DNA from: Xylanibacter ruminicola 23
Lineage (GTDB): Bacteria > Bacteroidota > Bacteroidia > Bacteroidales > Bacteroidaceae
Assembly (NCBI RefSeq): GCF_000025925.1
Contig: NC_014033.1
Location: 2,520,001-2,552,000 of the forward strand
DNA: 32,000 bases
Reading direction: 5' to 3'
The position numbers and the translations under genes were made by a program. A model generated the notes under the pieces. It made no database searches and was not told where the DNA came from. It worked only from the letters and a program-made list of their open reading frames with translations. This document shows positions 25,252-32,000 of the stretch, piece after piece (position 1 is the first letter of the stretch; each line of letters opens with the position of its first letter).

Positions 25252-26106
25252 TTACATTTTTACATTGCTCCAGCACAACCGTGCTGCGGCCTCGTCGGGC
25301 AGACACTCCAGGTGCCACATGGGCACTTGCATGGCCAGGTTGTTCTCGGTGGCATGCAGACCATCGGCTATACGTGCGTCCCAGCGCTTGCCACTGATGC
25401 TGGGCACCAGGGCTGCATAGGCCTGCAGTCCGCCTAATGGCTGTATCTTATTGTAAGGCGCCTGACTGAGCATCACGATACCCCCCAAGGGATAGCGCAC
25501 GTTACGATAGCAGGGTGTTTTGCCGCTCCAGGGCGAGCCGAAGACCGTAGCCGCGCCATCCGCACCAATACGTACCACGGGATTATCATCGTTAACCAGT
25601 TCGGTGCCATCGATATACTGTAGCCACAGGCGGGCATGTGTACTCTTACCCGTGCCGCTGGGGCCCAGGAACATATAGCCCTTATCCTGATAGCTCACGA
25701 TAGCCGCATGGAACAGCGCCGTGCACTTATCGGCCGTTACCAGGGCAAACATAATCATCAAGGCGTTATCGATAGCCATTTTTACGTGATGGGCAGTCAT
25801 TATCAGTCGGCCCTCACTATAGTCGGCCTTGCAAACCAGCCAACCGGCATTTACGCCAAACCAACCAAACTGGAACACCATCTGACCAGTAGCGGTATGA
25901 CCGCAGATAATGATCTGTTCATTATCTTCCTGTCGCAGTTCCTCGGTATAGGCGGGTGCATCGCCGCTGGTAATATCCAAGGTAAACAGCACGTCGCCTT
26001 CGGCACAGGCAAACGGCTCATAGTTGGTCATGAGCGATAAACAAGCCTCATCGCCACGCACGCAGAACCGATGTTCTGCCACTTCATAATATCTGGTTAT
26101 ACACAT
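25252..26106 (-). CDS. HPr-kinase-like P-loop protein (HprK-related kinase)
   Basis: Walker A FLGPSGTGKSTHARLW followed by ELVNDDNPVV and GSPWSGK. I prefer the ATG at 26106 (MCITRYYEVAEHRF..., 284 aa, 10-nt overlap with the upstream gene) over the track's GTG at 26196. Confidence 0.75.
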   Translation of the reverse strand: MCITRYYEVAEHRFCVRGDEACLSLMTNYEPFACAEGDVLFTLDITSGDAPAYTEELRQEDNEQIIICGHTATGQMVFQFGWFGVNAGWLVCKADYSEGRLIMTAHHVKMAIDNALMIMFALVTADKCTALFHAAIVSYQDKGYMFLGPSGTGKSTHARLWLQYIDGTELVNDDNPVVRIGADGAATVFGSPWSGKTPCYRNVRYPLGGIVMLSQAPYNKIQPLGGLQAYAALVPSISGKRWDARIADGLHATENNLAMQVPMWHLECLPDEAAARLCWSNVKM

Positions 26107-27194
26107 TCCGGATAGTCTCTTAATGATATACTTCTGAGTCGAATACGTATGTGCAACGTACGCACGATACGTTTCCAATAGAACAGCTCTTGCCACAGTA
26201 TCTCGGAGGCGTTAAACCGCATCAGCTGCAATCGGCGACGTTTGCTCTGTGCAACCCTGCGCCACACCCCCAGCTGTGTGCGTTTGGCATAACGTCCGAA
26301 GTTGCCACCAGCCATGATTTCGCGCAGCATCCACTCGCCACGATAGCTACCTGGTTTACAAAGCATCTGTTCCTTTGGCAGGTGCAGCACCTCAGCCAGC
26401 ACCCACATCAGGGCACCTGCCGCATGAAGCAAGCCCAAACGACGTAACTGAGCACTCACACACTGCCTGTCGTCGTCGGTAGCATTCTGCAGCAGCCAAT
26501 AATAATCGCACACCTGGCGCAGCCCTACCCCTTCGCCTAAGAAATGGCGCTGTATGTGTGCCAACTGCATGACCAGGGCGAACCTTACCGATGGTACATA
26601 AAAACCTTCGGGCGAAAGCTCGGTATGCTGTATCTCTTGCTCCAGCCATTGCTGCAAGCGGCGATTGGTGATAGGACTGAAATGGCCCGATGACGGACGG
26701 AAATGTATCTCAACCTCAACCCCTTTCTCGTTCTTGGGCAGATGGGCATGGTGGTACGCTACAATAGCCTCGCCATCAATGAGTGCCAACACACTCTCAC
26801 GACCGCCCTCTACCCAGATATCGATATCGCCAGGCTGGCGGGCATATTTTTCGGGATAGAGGCGCGCGTTGGCCTGACCTTTCAGTATCGCCGTCTGGCG
26901 CCCTTTCTCTGAAAACTCCCGTGTGAGTCTGGCCGCCTCCTGATAGAGCAGTTCGTTCAGTCCCTTTATCGTCTCGGCCTCGCAAGTCCACTGCATAGCT
27001 ATATCTACAGGTAGCTGTTGCTTACCCGACAACTGGCAAACGCCTTGGTAGCAAACGCCTACGAGCGACTGGCGCACAGCCATCTGATACAGCCATCGCC
27101 AGTCATCGGCATTCACGCCATCAGGAAACTCCTGCGACAGTCCTAACGACAGGCGCAGCAGCTGATAGAATAGTTCGTTATCGCGTAGAATCAT
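26097..27194 (-). CDS. Nucleotidyltransferase-family protein (uncharacterised NTase, PF14907-like)
   Basis: 365 aa with an ATG start. ...RQPGDIDIWVEGG... is the NTase-fold acidic motif. The architecture resembles the NTases found beside PqqD/HprK-like genes. Confidence 0.7.
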   Translation of the reverse strand: MILRDNELFYQLLRLSLGLSQEFPDGVNADDWRWLYQMAVRQSLVGVCYQGVCQLSGKQQLPVDIAMQWTCEAETIKGLNELLYQEAARLTREFSEKGRQTAILKGQANARLYPEKYARQPGDIDIWVEGGRESVLALIDGEAIVAYHHAHLPKNEKGVEVEIHFRPSSGHFSPITNRRLQQWLEQEIQHTELSPEGFYVPSVRFALVMQLAHIQRHFLGEGVGLRQVCDYYWLLQNATDDDRQCVSAQLRRLGLLHAAGALMWVLAEVLHLPKEQMLCKPGSYRGEWMLREIMAGGNFGRYAKRTQLGVWRRVAQSKRRRLQLMRFNASEILWQELFYWKRIVRTLHIRIRLRSISLRDYPECV

Positions 27195-27228
27195 ACTTCA
27201 ATGTTAAAGCAACATGGCGTTTGCGCCG

Positions 27229-27236
27229 CAAAGGTA
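27229..27236 (-). promoter_or_regulatory. -7 box TACCTTTG (minus strand) upstream of the nucleotidyltransferase gene
   Basis: Plus-strand caaaggta in the 83-nt gap between the OM-barrel stop (27278) and the NTase ATG (27194). Confidence 0.4.
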
Positions 27237-27277
27237 ATACTTTTCTACAACATTCAGTACATTCTACAGGAAAAAAT

Positions 27278-29782
27278 TTACAATGAGAACTCGGCGGAGA
27301 GGATGAGTTCGCGGGGACGGAGGAGGTAGCTGGTGGTTGAGGTGGCGATACCAGTGTAGATGGTCTCCTCGTAGGCTTGCTTGTTGAACAGGTTGTTGAG
27401 AGCGGCCTTCAGGCGGACAGTCTTCAATCGCCAGGTTACCGAGGCATCGCTGAGCAGGGTGTTCAGGGTGTTGCCGGCTTGCAGCTCGTTGCGGTGATGC
27501 ACAAACTTCCAAGAGAGATCAACCTTGCCGATAGTGGAAGTGAGCACCAGCTGCTGGCGCCAATTGAACAGCGTGGTATGCGAACTGCCAGCCGTTTTGT
27601 TGCCATTGAGCGAGAAACTGGCACTGTAGTCGAACTCGCACCAATCGGGCGACACGATGATACCCGGCGTAAGCGTAAGCGACTGGGTGGTATAACTGTA
27701 CCACTCACCTGCCGACAGCTGGCGACCTTTGCTTAACGAGCCATTCACACCCAGGCTCAACTTGGTCTTGATGGCATAGAAGCCTTTCTGTATGCTGGCA
27801 CCGCCACTCAGAAAGTCGTTCTGACTGTGGAGTTCCTTCAGGGTGTAGTAATAGCAGCCATCGATAATCTGCATATCGTTGGTGGTGTTGTTCCAACTGC
27901 GCTGCACCGTGAGGTTGACAGTGGCAAAAAGCTCACGGATAGGACGTTTGTACCGATAGCCCAACGTGGCATAAACCTGACGGTTGACAGGTATCAAGTC
28001 GGCTGCTTTGTACCACGTGCGATAATCACGGCGATAACTGTCGAGAGCATAGTTCTGCATACCACCCATTGTTTGTACGTAGGCACTACCGAGATGAATT
28101 TCGGAACGGGTATCAGGATTCCAATAAGCAGAGAGCACGGGATGCAGATAGAACATAGACTGCTGCTGACGCACGTAACGCTGGAAAGTAAGCGTGGGCG
28201 ATAGCGAGAGCGTGAATTTATCGGTGCGATACTGCCAGCGGGGACGCGCCTCGATGATGAGGTGCAGGTTATCGGTGTGGTTTACATACACATCCTCGCC
28301 CTCGACAAACAGGTTGTAGGTATGTGTTATCTTACCAGCCTTACGCTGCCAGCCCAGCAGGTGGGCGGTATGCCAGAGGTTGGTGCGCAGGCGATTTCGA
28401 TCGGCATCGAGATAGAGGTCGCCCACACTATGATGGTAGTCGAGGACAGATTTCCAGGTGAGCTGTGCCCCACTCTTTAACGAATACATACGATACAGCG
28501 AGCCCTCGAGAGCGAGCTGCGGCACACGGATGCGCTGCAAAGGTTCATTAGTGCCGAATAGAGACAGACCGTCGCCCTGCGTAGCACCGATGCTGAGCAT
28601 CTCGTTGCCATAGGCTTTTTCGGTATTCACCTTACGCTCTACCTCAGCCGAGAAGTTATCGGTGATAATGGTCTTCTGCTGCTGTTCGGTGGTAATGGTG
28701 GGTGCCTCGCCATCAAGATAGTAGGCCGTACGGTTCTCGGTGGATTGTCGTACCACACTACGGTCGTACTGGGCAGCCACGCGCAGTTCGCCATCATTCT
28801 TTGTTTTCCTGACGCTGTTGATGCCATAGCGCTGCGAGGTATTGAAACGCAGGCGCTCCTCGTCGAGTGGTGCCGAGAGCGATGGCACACTGTACCACGA
28901 GGGGATGTGACCACCATCGAGACGATTGTAATTACCACCCAGAATCTGATACGACTCACTGAGGTCGATGCCCTTGCGGTCGTAGGCCACATCGTACATC
29001 AGCTGTTTCTTCTTACCTATCTGTCGGATATTGGCCGTACCGCCCACATGCGTGGGATCGCCTACCAACAAGTAGGGTATCAGCGTGGCCATCAACCGAT
29101 CGCGAGCCTCGTCCTTCAGGGTAACGTTCATACCCACATCTTCGGTATAAACCTTATCACGCAAGGCCTTGATAGGCTGGTCGTGCTCTACAATCTCAGC
29201 TTTCTCCACATCCTTGGCACGGATATTCTCTGTGAGCTGGTTATAACGGCCACCCGTGAGATCGAGTCCTTCGACGGTGAAGCGCTTTACCTGTTGGTTA
29301 TTATAGTATATCTTGCCGTTCGATGCCACATCCACGCCTGGCAGTTTTTTCAGCACATCCTTCAGAGAGTTGTCGCGGTCGCTGGTAAAACGCGTCAGGT
29401 CGAAGGTGATAGTGTCGCGGCCCGTGATACGACTGCCCTGTACCTTTACCTCTTTCAAGGCGAAGGCCTCGGATGGCAATGAGAGTACAACAGGCTTGTT
29501 GGCGTTTTTCATGGGCACGCCACGCCTGCGTTTGCCAAAGCCGAGCATGGTGGCCTGCACCTGGTCGCCCATGGCAACCTGATCGACCGTGATGGCAAAC
29601 TCGCCATCAGCATTGGTCCGGGCAAACTTAACGGTCTTACCCTTACGCAGGTACATCACACTGGCACTGACCAACCGCTCGTGGGTGGCAGAATCCTCGA
29701 CTACGCCATGCACCGTTACCTGTGCAGAGGCGCCAAGCGCCTGCATCAGCAACAGCATCAACAGAATGACACCGTTTTTCAC
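27278..29782 (-). CDS. TonB-dependent-receptor-like outer-membrane beta-barrel (CarboxypepD_reg-like N-domain + plug)
   Basis: 834 aa with a GTG start overlapping the upstream stop (GTGA). The signal peptide ends ...ALGASAQ. VTVHGVVEDSATHERLVSASV...TNADGEFAI is CarboxypepD_reg-like, and LKDVLKKLPGVDV...G is plug-like. The remainder is a long beta-strand-rich C-terminal region. Confidence 0.8.
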   Translation of the reverse strand: MKNGVILLMLLLMQALGASAQVTVHGVVEDSATHERLVSASVMYLRKGKTVKFARTNADGEFAITVDQVAMGDQVQATMLGFGKRRRGVPMKNANKPVVLSLPSEAFALKEVKVQGSRITGRDTITFDLTRFTSDRDNSLKDVLKKLPGVDVASNGKIYYNNQQVKRFTVEGLDLTGGRYNQLTENIRAKDVEKAEIVEHDQPIKALRDKVYTEDVGMNVTLKDEARDRLMATLIPYLLVGDPTHVGGTANIRQIGKKKQLMYDVAYDRKGIDLSESYQILGGNYNRLDGGHIPSWYSVPSLSAPLDEERLRFNTSQRYGINSVRKTKNDGELRVAAQYDRSVVRQSTENRTAYYLDGEAPTITTEQQQKTIITDNFSAEVERKVNTEKAYGNEMLSIGATQGDGLSLFGTNEPLQRIRVPQLALEGSLYRMYSLKSGAQLTWKSVLDYHHSVGDLYLDADRNRLRTNLWHTAHLLGWQRKAGKITHTYNLFVEGEDVYVNHTDNLHLIIEARPRWQYRTDKFTLSLSPTLTFQRYVRQQQSMFYLHPVLSAYWNPDTRSEIHLGSAYVQTMGGMQNYALDSYRRDYRTWYKAADLIPVNRQVYATLGYRYKRPIRELFATVNLTVQRSWNNTTNDMQIIDGCYYYTLKELHSQNDFLSGGASIQKGFYAIKTKLSLGVNGSLSKGRQLSAGEWYSYTTQSLTLTPGIIVSPDWCEFDYSASFSLNGNKTAGSSHTTLFNWRQQLVLTSTIGKVDLSWKFVHHRNELQAGNTLNTLLSDASVTWRLKTVRLKAALNNLFNKQAYEETIYTGIATSTTSYLLRPRELILSAEFSL

Positions 29783-30669
29783 TGCAGCTCAATGAGATTA
29801 AACTTGGGGCGATCAATCTTATCGAGTTTCGAGCCGTCGGAGTTCATGATCACAATCTTAGCCCCAGTGCCCGCCATCTGTTTGAGCACATCGTTCGGAT
29901 CGTAGCTCTCCTTCAAACGTCGGAAGTCTTTCTGACTCACTTTCTCACGTTTCGCCTTGATGAGGGTAATAGGTTCGCCCTCGGGCTGCTCCATGCCCTG
30001 TCCGTCAAAGATGAACTGACGACTGCTATCATAGGCCCTCAGAATGAGACCTGGCAGACCGCGCAGTTTCCACGGTCCCTCGTCGAGGGGGATATCCTCG
30101 GTGTACCAGGCATACCACTGGCGGCCCTTGAAATGGGTGGTAGCCAACTGACAGGTATAACCCATGATATCAGCCGTAGAATCGGGCAGTACGGTCCATT
30201 CGGGTGTTTCCATCTTCTCCTCAATCTGACACTTTGCCTCACCCGCCACATCTAACATCAAGGTTTTACCTTTCTCTGGATAGTTCTTATAGAACTCCAT
30301 CGACAGGATACCAGCCTTGGGCAAGTCTCTCAGGTCAAAATCCCCCTTTTCTATCTTCTCACGCATCAACTTCATGCGAACCGCAGCCGAATAGCTGTAG
30401 AACTTCGACACGCCATCGGCACTGATATCAAGACGCATCTCATCGTCGCGATATTTATAAGGTTTGGTAAGCGTATCGTTAACCGCCTTAGATTGATAGG
30501 TGATACGATAGGTTGTATTAGCAACTGCCAATGTATCGTTCTTACCCTTCTTCTTAGCCTCCTTGGCTGGCATTTTCATCTGGCTCTTATCAATCACCAT
30601 GCCACCAATCTGCTGTGCCTGCGCCATCATACTGAAAGCCAGCAGGACAGAAATCATGAATATTCTCAT
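29779..30669 (-). CDS. GLPGLI-family protein
   Basis: 296 aa with signal peptide MRIFMISVLLAFSMMAQAQ. It contains the name-giving motif: WKLRGLPGLILRAYD. Confidence 0.85.
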   Translation of the reverse strand: MRIFMISVLLAFSMMAQAQQIGGMVIDKSQMKMPAKEAKKKGKNDTLAVANTTYRITYQSKAVNDTLTKPYKYRDDEMRLDISADGVSKFYSYSAAVRMKLMREKIEKGDFDLRDLPKAGILSMEFYKNYPEKGKTLMLDVAGEAKCQIEEKMETPEWTVLPDSTADIMGYTCQLATTHFKGRQWYAWYTEDIPLDEGPWKLRGLPGLILRAYDSSRQFIFDGQGMEQPEGEPITLIKAKREKVSQKDFRRLKESYDPNDVLKQMAGTGAKIVIMNSDGSKLDKIDRPKFNLIELQ

Positions 30670-30693
30670 TGTTTATAACAGTTTTTTAAGTTA

Positions 30694-31926
30694 TTATTTT
30701 TTTCTTGCTTTGAATTTCTCGCGTAGGTCATAGACACGCAGCATCTCCTTGGCTTTCTCTATCATCTCAGATAGCTTTTCGGTTGGTTTGTCAACTTCGG
30801 CGGCCTTCTCAACAAACTGCTGATAATAGGCTTTGCCCTGCTCCTCATCCTTTAACAGATAGGCATAGGCATTAGCGATGTTATAGTAAGTGGCTACCGA
30901 TGAGGGATTATACAACAGGTGCTCCTTCCAAGCGGCTATGGCCTCTTCGTATTTATGAGTGAGGTAATAGCCCTCACCCTCCGACAAGGTGATTGCTTTC
31001 ATGATGGTAGTATCAGGAAGCATCAGTTCCTTAGCTAAAGACAGATAGTTCAGTCCTTCGGGATAGCGCTGGGTATCAACACACACCACGCCCAAGCGAT
31101 AGGCACAGCCGGCGTGCTTCATGCCGCTCAGGAGAAAAGCCATCTGCAGGTACTTATAAGCCTGTTCCAGACTGTCGATACACGAACAACTCATGCCGGC
31201 CGAATAGAGGGTATTGAAGGTAGAGTCGCCCTGAGCTAACAGGCGTTCATACATCAGCGACGACTTGCCGAACTGGCGATCCATAAAGTAGGCATCGGCC
31301 AAGGCACGATTCACCTCAACGTTAGTAGAGTCAACACCAAAGTACTGCTGTCCGCACTTGATGCCGTTTTGTGGTTGTTCCAACTGCGCATATGCCAAGG
31401 TGAGTCCTGCCACCATCTCCCCATCCATAGGGAAACGCGCCAACAACTGACTTGTCCAAAACACATAAGAGTCCAGATCACTCTGTTTCTTATAGCTCTG
31501 AGCCAACTGGCGGAAAGACTCGTGCGAGAGACTATCCTCTGGAATCGTCTTAAGCAATTCTATTACCTGGCGATAGTTAGCACGCTTGTAGTAGCAGTCT
31601 GCCAGTTTCATCTGGACAGCACAGTCAACTATCGCACTCTGTTCGGCAGAATGCTTGAGACGCTCGATGATTTCATTTTGCTTCTCCTTTGGCAACTTAT
31701 TCAGTTGCTTAAGGGGAAGGGCTAGGTTTTCTACTGCCTTCTCCCGGCTTTTTTTCTTGGCCAAGTCATAAGCTTTCTGATAGTGTTTCAGAGCTTCGAA
31801 GGTGTTATACTGCTGCATACAGCTGTCGCCAACCTGTAGGCAGATGGTAAGCGAGTCGATAACCTCGCCCTTGGCGGGAGAAACCGCCAAGAGGACGAGG
31901 GTTACAATAGACAAAACTATTTTCAT
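30694..31926 (-). CDS. Secreted TPR-repeat protein
   Basis: The frame stays open to the window edge, but the ATG at 31926 gives the signal peptide MKIVLSIVTLVLLAVSPAKG. Repeated A..Y..A / helical TPR-like units run throughout. Confidence 0.7.
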   Translation of the reverse strand: MKIVLSIVTLVLLAVSPAKGEVIDSLTICLQVGDSCMQQYNTFEALKHYQKAYDLAKKKSREKAVENLALPLKQLNKLPKEKQNEIIERLKHSAEQSAIVDCAVQMKLADCYYKRANYRQVIELLKTIPEDSLSHESFRQLAQSYKKQSDLDSYVFWTSQLLARFPMDGEMVAGLTLAYAQLEQPQNGIKCGQQYFGVDSTNVEVNRALADAYFMDRQFGKSSLMYERLLAQGDSTFNTLYSAGMSCSCIDSLEQAYKYLQMAFLLSGMKHAGCAYRLGVVCVDTQRYPEGLNYLSLAKELMLPDTTIMKAITLSEGEGYYLTHKYEEAIAAWKEHLLYNPSSVATYYNIANAYAYLLKDEEQGKAYYQQFVEKAAEVDKPTEKLSEMIEKAKEMLRVYDLREKFKARKK

Positions 31927-32000
31927 TATAGAGAGAGAATTATTTCTTTGTAGTAATAAGAATGACGCCATCCTTGGCCTTTTCGCCATATTTCTCAATG

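Noticed and set aside
25252-26196. GTG start at 26196 for the HprK-like gene (314 aa as in the ORF track)
   Set aside because: It would overlap the upstream NTase gene by 100 nt. The ATG at 26106 gives a 10-nt overlap and an N-terminus (MCITRYYEVAEHRF...) typical of this family. The longer form cannot be fully excluded.
22833-27194. Lasso-peptide biosynthetic cluster
   Set aside because: PqqD, an HprK-like kinase, an NTase and an ABC exporter do occur together in paeninodin-type lasso clusters. The essential Asn-synthetase-like cyclase and the transglutaminase-like B2 protease are absent from the window, and an S24/S26 peptidase is present instead.

Overview
This looks like a Bacteroidota chromosome segment, probably Prevotella/Segatella-like. 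Supporting signs are the lack of Shine-Dalgarno spacing, TAnnTTTG-type -7 boxes, a T9SS-like C-terminal tail and a GLPGLI protein. The layout is as follows. (i) 1-1.6 kb holds the 3' end of gdhA, an RlpA-like gene and a glycine-zipper lipoprotein. (ii) 1.7-16.35 kb holds an uninterrupted ribosomal-protein supercluster on the minus strand, running rplC-rplD-rplW-rplB-rpsS-rplV-rpsC-rplP-rpmC-rpsQ-rplN-rplX-rplE-rpsN-rpsH-rplF-rplR-rpsE-rpmD-rplO-secY-map-infA-rpmJ-rpsM-rpsK-rpsD-rpoA-rplQ. rpmJ and rpmD fall below the ORF-track size cut-off and were located by hand. rpsJ, which normally precedes rplC, is absent. (iii) 16.35-17.2 kb is an AT-rich non-coding kilobase with a promoter, a structured rplC leader, four 22-bp-phased iteron-like repeats and a strong terminator. 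(iv) 17.2-22.6 kb holds a minus-strand surface-protein operon. It encodes a lipoprotein, a 1007-aa GLUG-motif protein, a 422-aa paralogue with a T9SS-like tail and an unannotated 47-aa acidic ORF. A (TCAC)~19.75 microsatellite sits inside a leader ORF upstream of this operon. (v) 22.7-27.2 kb holds the most interesting element, a compact cassette of nucleotidyltransferase, HPr-kinase-like P-loop protein, soluble S24/S26 peptidase, PqqD-like protein and ABC exporter. It resembles a RiPP/peptide-modification system but has no cyclase and no annotated precursor. (vi) 27.3-31.9 kb holds a TPR / GLPGLI / CarboxypepD_reg-plug outer-membrane barrel operon. No rRNA, tRNA, CRISPR array, integrase or transposase was seen. 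All long plus-strand ORFs across 1.0-31.7 kb look like antisense shadows of the minus-strand genes.
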